Below, piece by piece: positions 38,863-51,506 of a stretch of DNA of 64,000 bases (position 1 is the first letter of the stretch; each line of letters opens with the position of its first letter). The DNA is from Octopus bimaculoides (lineage: Eukaryota). A program made the position numbers and the translations under genes. The DNA is taken from assembly GCF_001194135.2 (NCBI RefSeq), contig NC_068990.1:16044650-16108649 (forward strand), given 5' to 3'. The notes beneath the pieces are model-generated. The model made no database searches. It saw only the letters and a list, made by a program, of their open reading frames with translations, and had not been told where the DNA came from.

Positions 38863-39104
38863 AAGACCAACCATCTCAAGAACAGTTGTCACCATTGTCT
38901 TCCACAATCTCTTCATCTCTCTGGCTTGGTTTTGATATTTCTCAATTTCTTGGTATCCACTGTTACCACATGCTATTGCAACATCTATGATCTTACTATT
39001 TATTTTTTAGTCCTCTACAATCATATTTGGTCTTTTTGGCCAGTCTCTGTAGTTTGGTCAGTCTTTGTAGAGAAATCCTATAAAAATCCTGTAATTGTCA
39101 CTCA
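38863..39104 (-). mobile_element. R4/Dong-like non-LTR retrotransposon, RLE domain relic
   Basis: Minus strand DNYRI-*DFSTKTDQT...RPNMIVED*KINSKIIDVAI...EIEKYQNQAREMKRLWK matches WDF...RPD...IIDVAIP...EKYQ.L.RE..RLWK of R4-clade RLE domains, with frameshifts and stops. Confidence 0.72.
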
Positions 39105-39114
39105 CCCTCACAGC

Positions 39115-39540
39115 CAGGGCTGGATTAAGACTCATCGAGGCTATTAAGTACTGAAAAGATTTTGGTGCTCCCATAAAAGATTATGTACTTCCAAATATAA
39201 ACAATAACAAATCATAAAAATAAATTTTTATATTTCAAAATGAAACAAAACAGTAAGAGAGAAAATAATGTTTATTTTTGTATACTTCTACTTTATTTAT
39301 ATTTGAAAAGTTTCCTCCTACTTTTTTAAATTACAAAATCTTTGATCAGATCCTCAAAATTAATCTTAGGTAACGCATCTGCATCTATACTTAGTAGAGA
39401 TAAAGGCTTCCCAAATATTATCTTAGCAAGTTTAAAGTGATTTCGTTTGTGCTCTAAACCATTTACCATTTCTTTGGTGTCCCCCTTCCCTTGATGCCCT
39501 AAGCACGTGCTTATTTTGCTGAATGGTTAATCCAGCACTG
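39115..39540 (-). mobile_element. hAT non-autonomous element (426 bp) with perfect 8-bp TSD
   Basis: TIRs CAGGGCTGGATTAA / TTAATCCAGCACTG; TSD CTCACAGC at 39107-39114 and 39541-39548. Minus strand retains the hAT C-terminus INFEDLIKDFVI*KSRRKLF. Confidence 0.9.
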
Positions 39541-39944
39541 CTCACAGCCAATGGCTTCTGTTCATACTACTTTTCTGTCATTTTGAATTTACATACTCAG
39601 CTAACATCCTAACGCATTCTTTTATAGAAACAGTCATACTTACATTTATACTCTTTTTGTGCTAGCTTACTGCATGCAGTTGAGAAATTACTAATACTTT
39701 CTCCTTTTCAGCAGATTCTATGTTTACTCTCAGGTAGTGAGTTGACAGAATTAGTGATGAATTGAACAAAATGCTTAATGGCATTTCTTCTGTCTCTTTG
39801 CATTCTGAGTTCAAATCCCACTGAGGTCAAGTTTGCCTTTCATACTTTCAGGGTTAATAAAATAAAGTACCAGTCAAGTACTGGAGTTGTTATAACTGAT
39901 TATCCTCACCTAAAATTGCTGACTTGGCCAAAAACTTAAAACAA

Positions 39945-40306
39945 TTATTACCTCCGCCTTCGCTAAGGCAGAGGTATTGTTTTCAGTTGTGTTTGTTTGT
40001 TTGTCCGTGGACAAGATATCTCAAAAACCACTGGATGGATTCAGGTGAAACTTTCAGGGATGTTTGGCCTCGTGACTGTCATGAACTGATTAGATTTTGG
40101 TATCGATCAGGTACCGGACAAGGATTCTGGATTATTTTTCCTGTTTTCTTTACTTAATTTTCGAGAGCGGTTGGGTTTGTTTTTAGTATTCTTGTTTGTG
40201 AGAACAGTTGAGTTTATTTCAGATACTCTCATTTTAATCGTGGCTAATCATTGAGAGGACGTTGGTTTTGCCATGGTGGAGGTTTGCGCTCTGTAAGTGC
40301 TCTTGT
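39945..40306 (+). mobile_element. HINE/DINE-1-like (Helentron-associated) non-autonomous element
   Basis: 5' subTIR ACCTCCGCC with short hairpin, (GTTT)n, core GATATCTCAAAAACCACTGGATGGATTC...GAAACTTT, 3' subTIR GGTGGAGGT followed by a stem-loop-like GCGCTCTGTAAGTGCTC. No TSD seen. Confidence 0.7.
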
Positions 40307-41051
40307 AAGCAAGAAAAATAAATAATAATGATAACTCCACCTACAATTTTTACAGGGTCTCATCTTTCCTTTATAAGATATTCTCTAATATTTTAAAAAT
40401 CTCATCACTTTCTTGAAGATATCCCAAGCTTGACTTGAAATATGAGTTTAGTTATGTTGTGAAATATATATATATAAAACTTCCTTGGAAAAGGATGCGT
40501 GGCTTTCGATCATATAATAATATAAATAATATATAAATATATGCATATATACATACATATATGTACAGACCTTCATATATATGTATATATACATGCATAT
40601 ATGGGTACAGGACATCAAAAAGACGTAGACAATGAGAAACGTAAACATAAAAAACAAAAACATAGAAAACAAACTTTTTTTCGAACAACAAAAAAAAAAC
40701 AAAAACAAACAGAGAAACGAGACATGCAACATAAAGAACATTCCCTTCAGTTGTCCCCTGTTTTATCTACTCCGCGTTTACTGCTTTTATATATAACTTC
40801 ACATAAAATGAACATTTATACATCCAGACACACACACACACACATTTCTGATTGTTTTATGTGATGCTATATATAAAAACATCTTAACATTAAAATGAAG
40901 GATTACACAATACCTTTTAGTAGAGTACATTTATGTTAAATTTGCTAGGAAGAAAGATGAACGTGACTTTGAAGATTCAGTATATACATATATGTATGTA
41001 TACATATATATACACACACACACACACATATATGTATACATGCATATATAC

Positions 41052-41087
<36 letters not shown>

Positions 41088-41088
41088 G

Positions 41089-41374
41089 TATTTATTTATA
41101 TTAAGGGCATTAATACACATAAATGCCTCACTCTATGAGGGACTCTTAAAGTTAAAACTACCATAGTAAATACAGTGTAAGGAGTTCGCTTCAAGAGTTG
41201 CCTTCCCTCGTATTCGGTACACTGTATTTATTATGGTAGTTTTGACTTTAAGAGTCCCTCATAGGATGAGGCATTAATGCCCTTAATGCCTTTAATGCCT
41301 TAAGTCCCTTAATGCCCTTAATGCCTTAAGTCCCTCTTAGCATGAGGTATTAATGCCCTTAATATAAATAAATA
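41089..41374. repeat. 286-bp foldback element
   Basis: Perfect 28-bp terminal inverted repeat (41089-41116 / 41347-41374) plus inner 58-bp arms matching 54/58 (41122-41179 / 41218-41275) around a 38-nt loop. Confidence 0.85.
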
Positions 41375-41920
41375 TATTTATAGGGAATAATTATAATTTT
41401 TACCCTTTTTGAGGTTTTTTCGCGCTGATTACTTCATAAATTCTTATAAAGATTTTATCCTATTTTAAAATTATATATATATATATCTACACACACACAT
41501 AAATACATATGTTTATATATATGTATGTATATATGCATATATATATATGTGTGTGTGTCTTTGTGTCTGTGCTTGTCCGCCACCACTGCTTGACAACCAG
41601 TGTTGGTGTGTTTACATCCTCGTAATCTAGCAGTTTGACAAAAGAGACCAGTAGAATAAGTACAGGGGTCAAATCATTTGACTGAAAAATTCCTCAAGGT
41701 AGTGCCCCAGCATAGCCACAATCTAATGACTGAAACAAATAAAAGAATGTATATATACATATGCGCGCACGCGCACACACATGTACGCACGCATGCACGC
41801 ACGCAGAGCTTGCAGAAAATGTTGGATGCCAAGTTAAAGACCTAGAAATACTAATGAAAGATTGGTAGGGTTGGAGAGAGGTAGTCAGGCAATCAGCCTG
41901 ACTGGATGATGCCTTGATAA

Positions 41921-41952
<32 letters not shown>

Positions 41953-42920
41953 NNNNNNNNNNNNNNNNNNNNNNNNNNNNNNNNNNNNNNNNNNNNNNNN
42001 NNNNNNNNNNNNNNNNNNNNNNNNNNNNNNNNNNNNNNNNNNNNNNNNNNNNNNNNNNNNNNNNNNNNNNNNNNNNNNNNNNNNNNNNNNNNNNNNNNNN
42101 NNNNNNNNNNNNNNNNNNNNNNNNNNNNNNNNNNNNNNNNNNNNNNNNNNNNNNNNNNNNNNNNNNNNNNNNNNNNNNNNNNNNNNNNNNNNNNNNNNNN
42201 NNNNNNNNNNNNNNNNNNNNNNNNNNNNNNNNNNNNNNNNNNNNNNNNNNNNNNNNNNNNNNNNNNNNNNNNNNNNNNNNNNNNNNNNNNNNNNNNNNNN
42301 NNNNNNNNNNNNNNNNNNNNNNNNNNNNNNNNNNNNNNNNNNNNNNNNNNNNNNNNNNNNNNNNNNNNNNNNNNNNNNNNNNNNNNNNNNNNNNNNNNNN
42401 NNNNNNNNNNNNNNNNNNNNNNNNNNNNNNNNNATATATATATATATATATATAAACATATATATATTTATATAAGGGCATTACTATACAATAATGCCTC
42501 ACGCTATGAGGGACACCAAGGTCAGACTACCATAAAAAACACATTTTTTCATGCTAGCTACTTCGTAAATTCTTGTAAAAGAATTTGTCCTATTATTGAA
42601 TTTATATATACATATATACATGCATACATATATATGTATGTATATATGCATGTATGTATAATGATATATATGCATGTGTGTGAGTTTAATATGAAAATCA
42701 AGGTTATGTTAAAGTTCTGACACCTGATATTACAATAATCCACTCCACAATATTTTTTATTTTACTCTAAGTTCTCAGACACTTGTTTTCTTTCTGTTGC
42801 TTTTATTATTAACATTTAGACCGAGTCCTCTTCTAGAACTTCTGGTAAACTGTGTAACATTGCATATCTCAGTAGTAGTCAGCATGTATTTCTTCTGACC
42901 ATCCATCTTAATATCTATTT

Positions 42921-42984
42921 TCAAAGATAAAAATATTCTTGGTGAAATTTTTCACTTGGCTCATTAGATAAGTCAGCAGGCATT
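42921..42984 (-). CDS. Candidate terminal exon (MPADLSNEPSEKFHQEYFYL*), unidentified
   Basis: Very long polypyrimidine acceptor TTCTCATTTTCAGTTTTTGTTTCCTTCCATAG; phase-compatible with 44206-44379. Confidence 0.18.
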
Positions 42985-43180
42985 CTATGGAAGGAAACAA
43001 AAACTGAAAATGAGAATGCAGAAAGTGATCTGTTAGTGATATTTCTCAACCCAAGAACTGATACTTTTGAAGCAAATTGTATACACTTTGTTCATAGTCA
43101 TCTGCACAATTTCACCCAAAAAGAACTGGTATTTCACCACCATCACCACCACCTCCACCGCCATTCCTGATAATATTTAA

Positions 43181-43395
43181 TTACTCTTTTTTACTCTTTT
43201 ACTTGTTTCAGTCATTTGACTGCAGCCATGCTGGAGCAGTGCCTTTAGTCGAGCAAATCGGTCCCAGGACTTATTCTTTTTAAGCCTAGTACTTATTCTG
43301 TTGGTCTCTTTTGCCAAACTGTTAAGTTACGGGGACGTAAACACACCAGTATCAGTTGTCAAGCGATGTTGGGCGGGACAAACACAGACGCACAA

Positions 43396-43440
<45 letters not shown>

Positions 43441-43465
43441 ACACCACACACATACACACACACAG

Positions 43466-43496
<31 letters not shown>

Positions 43497-43665
43497 TATA
43501 TACGATAGACTTCTTTCAGTTTCCGTCTACCAAACCCACTCACAAGGCTTTGGTTGGCCTGAGACTATAGTAGAAGATATTTGCCCAAGGTGTCAGGCAG
43601 TGGGACTGAACTCGGAACCATGTGGCTGGTAAGCAAGCAACTTACCACACAGCCACTCCTGCACC
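43181..43665 (-). mobile_element. Family B bipartite SINE, full length
   Basis: Head GGTGCAGGAGTGGCTGTGTGGTAAG, internal (TA)/(TG) tract, tail (GAGTAAAA)n. Confidence 0.88.
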
Positions 43666-44205
43666 TATAAAATTATAAAAATTTTGTAAACATCACATGG
43701 CCAAGTAAAATAGGAACCTAAGTGGTCCATAGGTAAAATCTATAGGTAAAATATAGTTGTGAACCACTGGGTTACAATATGAGAGTAAGGATCAAAGCAG
43801 AACTGATTCCTTGCTGTAGAGGGGCCAGATGGATACCTCACATTTTAGAAGAAAGGCTGGTGTGATTGGCATGGGTGAGGCAGGAAGAGGAAGTATAATG
43901 AAAATAGTGGTGTTGAGGCATCTATGTGGAACCTCAAGTGAATGGGGACAGAAGTGGGTAGGTGGAGGTTGCAAGAGTGTATGGGAGAGTAAGAGATGGG
44001 GAACGAGTGGGTGGGTGGAGATGATTATAATAAATGAATATAATTCTTTCAAATTTTGGGACAAGGTCAGTAATTTTGAGGGGAGGGTTGATAACATTGA
44101 TCCCAGTGTTCTACTGATAATTATTTTATTAACATCTTAATTTATGATACCAAAAAACAGTTGGAAATTTAGTGTGAAGAAAAAAGAAAGCTGGCAAATT
44201 CTTAC

Positions 44206-44379
44206 CTAGAACCCAAGTGAAACTGTTTGGAAACATTAGATGTAGTGAGGAAAGATAACTTTTTCTTTGGTTTCCAAAGAAGGATATTTAATAGTCTAAT
44301 GACCAGGTTCCGTGGCTTGTCTTTGAGGCAAATCTTTACAAATTCAGGAATCAGAAGAAATGGTAGCATATTGTGTAAC
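44206..44379 (-). CDS. Candidate internal exon (LHNMLPFLLIPEFVKICLKDKPRNLVIRLLNILLWKPKKKLSFLTTSNVSKQFHLGS), unidentified
   Basis: Strong donor CTAG|GTAAGA, acceptor TTATCTTAGCTAG, open frame; the acceptor position is uncertain. Confidence 0.25.
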
Positions 44380-44937
44380 CTAGCTAAGATAACAACAATT
44401 TTTAAAATTCTCTCAGATATACCTGTTAGCATTGGTTATACCATATATAGTTTTAAAATTTTGGCACAAGGTCAGAAATTTCGAGGAAGGGGTTTTAATG
44501 TACTCCAGTGCTTAACTGGTGCTTATTTTCTCAACTCTGAAAGGATGAAAGGCAATATTAATGATAGGGAATTAATTAGATGATATTCTGGATCTGGAAG
44601 TAAAGTAAGAAGGCTTTCATTACTATTTCTGACATTTGGGTCATTGGTTAGTGGTAGAACCTAGCTACACGGAAGGGAAAACTCTTCTGTACAAGAAATG
44701 TTGGTTCCATCTTTAACTAGCAATACTTAACAATTTTGAATGAATTTCCTTGGTAAAAGTGTTTAAATGCAGAGTATGCCCCTTGGTCTATCTCTGTCTG
44801 TCTGACTATCGGTCTCTGTTTTTATTTATCTGTCTATGTATCTGCCTGTCAGTCTATCTCTGTGAGTGGTTGTCTGTCTGTCTTACTGTCTATATGCCTG
44901 TCTATACACTCATATATATATATATATATATATTTAT

Positions 44938-44975
<38 letters not shown>

Positions 44976-45808
44976 GTACACACACACTACATTTGCTCAA
45001 ATCAGGATATAGAGTTTAAAAATATTCCATCCAATAACTTTCTAACATTAATAATTTAATTTAAAGACAAGAAACTGATACAATGTTTATTTTTTGTGTA
45101 TATTCCTATATCTTTTTATATTTCTTATATTACTATTCAACTTTTTTTTATTTTCATTCCTATTATTTGTTTATTTGTTTTTGTTTTTTTGAGCTATTAA
45201 TTTTCATATGGGAAGATATTTTCTTGTAAGATTTTTTTTGAAAATGGGTAAAAGAAGAGAAAATGTTTCGAACCGAAAGAAAAAGAAGAAATAAGGATTA
45301 AATGATCATATTTAGTAATTTAATCTCTCTTAATTATGAACAAACTTGAAAATAAGACTTCTTATGGTGATTATTTTTGTTAATGTATATCAGAGAGCAG
45401 TGTGAGAAAAACCATTTTTTTGTATGTGTGTAGAGTATGTACGTGTGTGTGTGTATTAGTATGTGTCTCTTAAACTGATTGAAATAAATATCAGAGTTTT
45501 TTATGGTATTATAAAAAGTTGTTAACCTAACGGTTGTTTAATATTGATATTATGATATACCAATGTTGTTGTTACTGTGGTTGATGATTGTTAGTGATGG
45601 GGGAGATGGTGGTAATGGTGTGATGTTGTCATTCTTGGAGTTGGTGGTGGTGGTAGTAGTGGCAATGGTGTTGTTATTGTCAGTCTTGGTGGTGATGAGG
45701 TTGTTATTCTTGATAGCGGTGGTGATGCTGCTGGTAGTGGTAGTGGTGCAGTGATGTTCGTGTCTTTGGTGATGGTGTTGGTGTTGTTGGTGTTGTTGAT
45801 GTTGTTTG

Positions 45809-45842
<34 letters not shown>

Positions 45843-46041
45843 AGTGATGTCTTTTCTTCTATTTTTGTTGCTTTGTCTGTATGTGAAACGTCTCTAATTG
45901 GTATCCGTTTATTTGTTTGCTTGATTATATGTTTGTGTGTGTGTATGTGTGTGCGCGCGTGTGTGCCTGTGTGTGTATACATGTGTGAACACGTGTTTGC
46001 ATGTGCATATTTGATATTTTTATGTGTATTCACATGCATCT

Positions 46042-46074
<33 letters not shown>

Positions 46075-46202
46075 NNNNNNNNNNNNNNNNNNNNNNNNNN
46101 NNNNNNNNNNNNNNNNNNNNNNNNNNNNNNNNNNNNNNNNNNNNNNNNNNNNNNNNNNNNNNNNNNNNNNNNNNNNNNNNNNNNNNNNNNNNNNNNNNNN
46201 NN

Positions 46203-46235
<33 letters not shown>

Positions 46236-46595
46236 TAGATGCAGTATGGTTGAATGGTTGAGAAACTCATATTTCATAATCTCACAGGATCCAATAATAA
46301 TGATAATTACAATAACAGCAATAATTATTATAATAACTGTAACAAAACAATATAATCAACCATACTCTTTTTCCAAGATTTATGACCTTGTACCAGTGCT
46401 AGGCCTTAGATTATTTCACTTGGGAAGACCCAATTTACACACACACACACACATTTATATACACACACGTCTTGGTTGTAGGACCACAAGATTTTCAGGC
46501 CTTAGGCTTCAGCCTGCTCAGACAATAGATATTTCTGGCACAACCCTGTTCCCTTAGTATAAATCATCACTGCATTTAGTACTGGCCCTGAAAAG

Positions 46596-46631
<36 letters not shown>

Positions 46632-46641
46632 NNNNNNNNNN

Positions 46642-46677
<36 letters not shown>

Positions 46678-46849
46678 TGAGAGACACACCTAGACATTAC
46701 ATACATACATATATATATATAATGGACTCTTCCGTTGTTAGACAATTTCTTACCAAACAACCACACAAATGATTTATTTATAGTGATCAAATGTTTGTGT
46801 AGACATAAGTTCACTTCCTTCATCAGATTGACATTACCTGCATAAGTGC

Positions 46850-47153
46850 AATGGGTGCCATATGTCAGCTGTTGAAATGATCACAGAGCAATGTGAAATG
46901 AAGTGTTTTGCTCAAGAACACAACACAATGCTTGGTCTGAGAATCAAACACATGATCTCGCAATCGTGAGCGCAACACCCTAACCACTATATGTATAGTG
47001 AAGGTGCATGGCTTAGTGGTTAGTGTGTTGCACTCATGATTGCGAGATCATGTATTTGATTCTAAGACCAGGCATTGTGTTGTGTTCTTGAGCTAAACAC
47101 TTCATTTCACGTTACTCTGTGATCATTTCAACAGCTGACATGTGGCACCCATT
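46850..47153. mobile_element. Head-to-head inverted pair of family D SINE copies
   Basis: 140-bp arms (46850-46989 and 47014-47153), about 10 mismatches by hand count, 24-nt spacer. Confidence 0.88.
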
Positions 47154-47793
47154 ATATATATATATATNNNNNNNNNNNNNNNNNNNNNNNNNNNNNNNNN
47201 NNNNNNNNNNNNNNNNNNNNNNNNNNNNNNNNNNNNNNNNNNNNNNNNNNNNNNNNNNNNNNNNNNNNNNNNNNNNNNNNNNNNNNNNNNNNNNNNNNNN
47301 NNNNNNNNNNNNNNNNNNNNNNNNNNNNNNNNNNNNNNNNNNNNNNNNNNNNNNNNNNNNNNNNNNNNNNNNNNNNNNNNNNNNNNNNNNNNNNNNNNNN
47401 NNNNNNNNNNNNNNNNNNNNNNNNNNNNNNNNNNNNNNNNNNNNNNNNNNNNNNNNNNNNNNNNNNNNNNNNNNNNNNNNNNNNNNNNNNNNNNNNNNNN
47501 NNNNNNNNNNNNNNNNNNNNNNNNNNNNNNNNNNNNNNNNNNNNNNNNNNNNNNNNNNNNNNNNNNNNNNNNNNNNNNNNNNNNNNNNNNNNNNNNNNNN
47601 NNNNNNNNNNNNNNNNNNNNNNNNNNNNNNNNNNNNNNNNNNNNNNNNNNNNNNNNNNNNNNNNNNNTATAATGACTTGATTGATAAATGATGAGGAGTG
47701 TGCATGTCCATGTCTTTTGTGTGTTTTTTCCTACTTTCTGTATGTTCCTTTGTTGTCCTGTGCATCATTTTACTGTACACACACACACACACG

Positions 47794-47844
<51 letters not shown>

Positions 47845-48484
47845 TATTTTACAAATAATACATATAATGTTATAACTCTTTCTAGTGTTGTTACTGTTGT
47901 TTTGGGAATGTGTATGACTTTTTTCCTTTTTTTAAATATATTTTTATCTATAAATGCCTCCCTGTTTTTAGTGTTCATATTATTGTTGTTTAGTGTTGTT
48001 TAATCATTACTATTTTATTTCTCTTTTTTTTTTTTCATTTCCTTTTTCTATTTTGTTCAAATATATTTTTATATATATTTATGTGACTTTTCATGCAAAG
48101 TTTTGAGAAATTCTTCAAGTTTGAAATCTTAACTTTTTTGCTGTTTGCTTACCACCTTCTCCTCCTCCTCATTCTCCTTCTACTCCTGCTCTTCTTCATT
48201 GCGGTCTTCTTCCATTCTGTTCCCCCCCTCCCGTTTCTCCACCTCCATCATCTGACATAAACTGTTGCCATTTTCTTCAGCGCTTTATATTCCCCAACAG
48301 AATGACTCGATTATTGATTTATTTGATTCCCGTCTAGAAAAAAAGTTGGCCAACTATTTTTTCTTATGTTATTTTATTTTTCTCCAGATGTTGTAAACAA
48401 ACCATTTTGGTAAGATTGTCAAGGAAAGATTAATACAACAAAAAAACAAAACAAACCCCAAAAGACATTAGTAGTAGTAGTATC

Positions 48485-48515
<31 letters not shown>

Positions 48516-48870
48516 ACTGCAACAACAATGACAACAACAGCAGAAATAAAAGAAGCAACAAAAACAAAAAAATAATAATAACAACAACAACAACAATAAT
48601 TACTATAATAATAATAAATAATAATGATAATGATAATAATAATAATAAGTTATATGTAATTACAACAATTCCTGGTACTACAGCCATAAAAGACATGGAA
48701 CTACGACAACAACAGCACCAAGCAATGAAGAAGCATAACAGCATTAACAATAACAATGGCAATAATAATGGATAACAGACTGGGAAAGTTTAAGGGGAGG
48801 GGTAGAGATAATACACAGAATAAAATTGTAGGAAAATAAGGGTGACGTCAGAGGGCTGGGATAATATCAA

Positions 48871-48905
<35 letters not shown>

Positions 48906-49001
48906 ACAAGAACAACACAACAACAACAGCATCATTCAAAATAACGAGAATAATAAGACCAATAATAACAGCAACAGCAACAACAACAATGATAATAATA
49001 A

Positions 49002-49042
<41 letters not shown>

Positions 49043-50320
49043 GCAAAAAATCAATTTAATGATATGGGCTATAGTACAGAAAGTGAAATGCACTCAGTAA
49101 CCCCGAGTTATTTGAATAGAAACGAACTGTCTGTTTGTTCATGGATGCATTTCCTCCGGAGGCGGCATATACTCTTACAGAACACGGAATTGTGTGTCGA
49201 TAGACGGGCTGGTTCATTGAAGAAAATAAAAAAACTATTTTTGAATGGATACACATTTCAATAAATGAATAAATAAATAGATAAATAAAGATGCAAATGT
49301 ACAACTAAATAAATATTAGGTAAATTAAATGTATTTTATTGATATATATATATATATATATAGTTTTCTTTTGTTGATGTTGTTGTGTGTTTGATAATTT
49401 TTTTTTTCTTTCTTTTTTTTTTTTTTCTGAAACACAAATATTTGCAGGTTGGATGAAATAAATAAATATGTTTAAAAAATATTTTTAAAAAACCCCAAAA
49501 ATAAATAAATTTAAAAAAAATTTTACAAAAGAGTATGAATAATTTCAAAAAAAGCAAGTCAAGGTTTAACACAAAATACGGTTTATGACCCATTGTGGCA
49601 TTGTTGTCATTGTTATCATCATTATCGTCACTTTCACCATCACAATCATCAACTTTACCATCGTTATCATCATCCTCATCACCTTCACCATTGTTGTTGT
49701 CATCATCATCCTATTCTTCCTCATAATCATCATTGTTATCATCATCACCATTATCATCATCCTCATAATCACCATCACTACTACCATCATTGTTGTCATC
49801 CTCATCATCACCATCATTATCATCATCACCGCCATAAATGTTATCATCATCATCATCATCATCATTTTTATCATCAACATTATCATTGTTGTCATCATCA
49901 TCATCATTCTAATGTCTGTTTTTCCATGCTTGTTTGGGGCAGACTTTTGTTTGTTGAGGCAGGTTTTCTATAGCTGGAGGCTCATTTTGTCATCAATCCT
50001 TCCCTCTTTCTAGGTTAGGTAATATTTGAAAAGTTAGGTAATAAATGAAAAGTACAATATCTGGACATGTTTTTGTAGAAGATTTTTGATAAAAGACAAC
50101 ACTGATACAAAGGTGGTTTTTATTTACAGTTAGCATGCAATGTCAAGACAAGGAGACATGAATACATGCACCCGTTCATATAAATATACATGCATACATA
50201 CACACAAGCTCATACATACATATATACATATATGTGCTTGTGTGTATGTATATATGTATATGTGAATATATAAGTTTATATATATATATATATATATATT
50301 TGTATATGTATATATTTATT

Positions 50321-50361
<41 letters not shown>

Positions 50362-50362
<1 letters not shown>

Positions 50363-50625
50363 GAGGCACAATGGCCCAGTGGTTAGGGCAGTGGACTCGT
50401 GGTCGGAGGATAGTGGTTTCGATTCCCAGACCGAGCGTTGTGTGTGTTTATTGAGCGAAAACACCTAAAGCTCCACGAGGCTCTGACAGGGGGTGGTGGT
50501 GACCCCTGTTGTACGCTTTCACCCCGACTTTCTCTCACTCTTTCTTCCTGTTTCTTGAGTAACACTGCGATGGACTGGTGTCCTGTCCAGCTGGGGGAAC
50601 ACATACGCCATAGAAACTGGGAAAC
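50362..50625 (+). mobile_element. tRNA-headed SINE (family D variant)
   Basis: GGAGGCACAATGGCCCAGTGGTTAGGGC...GGTTTCGATTCCC head; 3' part GATGGACTGGTGTCCTGTCCAG shared with 37603-37835. Confidence 0.75.
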
Positions 50626-51072
50626 TGTGTGTGTATATATATATATATATANNNNNNNNNNNNNNNNNNNNNNNNNNNNNNNNNNNNNNNNNNNNNNNNN
50701 NNNNNNNNNNNNNNNNNNNNNNNNNNNNNNNNNNNNNNNNNNNNNNNNNNNNNNNNNNNNNNNNNNNNNNNNNNNNNNNNNNNNNNNNNNNNNNNNNNNN
50801 NNNNNNNNNNNNNNNNNNNNNNNNNNNNNNNNNNNNNNNNNNNNNNNNNNNNNNNNNNNNNNNNNNNNNNNNNNNNNNNNNNNNNNNNNNNNNNNNNNNN
50901 NNNNNNNNNNNNNNNNNNNNNNNNNNNNNNNNNNNNNNNNNNNNNNNNNNNNNNNNNNNNNNNNNNNNNNNNNNNNNNNNNNNNNNNNNNNNNNNNNNNN
51001 NNNNNNNNNNNNNNNNNNNNNNNNNNNNNNNNNNNNNNNNNNNNNNTATATATATATATATATATATGTTTG

Positions 51073-51103
<31 letters not shown>

Positions 51104-51300
51104 GTTTGTATATATATATATATATATATATGTTTGTATATATATGTTTGTATATATATATATATATGTATATAAATATGTATATATACATATATATATG
51201 AGGGTGAGTCAAAAAGAAAGTAATGCAGTTTTTATTTGCATTTCTTTTTGATTCAGCCTTGTATATATATGCATGTATATTTTGTATATGCGTGTGTGTA

Positions 51301-51339
<39 letters not shown>

Positions 51340-51406
51340 GTGTGCATGTGCGCATATATATTGACAGAAAGAATGAACAAGCAAGACATGTGGTATCACT
51401 TTAGAG

Positions 51407-51506
51407 TAGGGTTCTCAACCAGGGTCCATATAAGATCTTTGGGGGTCCACCAGAATAAAATAGTAATCAAAAGGGTCCATAGATAAAAAAATGGTTGAGA
51501 ACCCCT
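51407..51506. mobile_element. hAT-Charlie-type MITE (100 bp) with perfect 8-bp TSD
   Basis: TAGGGTTCTCAACC ... GGTTGAGAACCCCTG; TSD CTTTAGAG at 51399-51406 and 51507-51514. Confidence 0.88.

Noticed and set aside
40480-40790. Possible Penelope terminal-repeat relic
   Set aside because: The CTGATGA-like word is incomplete and no correctly placed GAAA or stems were found; no second copy in the window.
44227-44583. 118-aa + strand ORF
   Set aside because: Starts at a TTG just after a stop, has no usable acceptor, and its 3' third is a SINE.
50362-50435. Functional tRNA gene
   Set aside because: The tRNA-like head continues into SINE body sequence shared with other copies, and the acceptor stem does not close.
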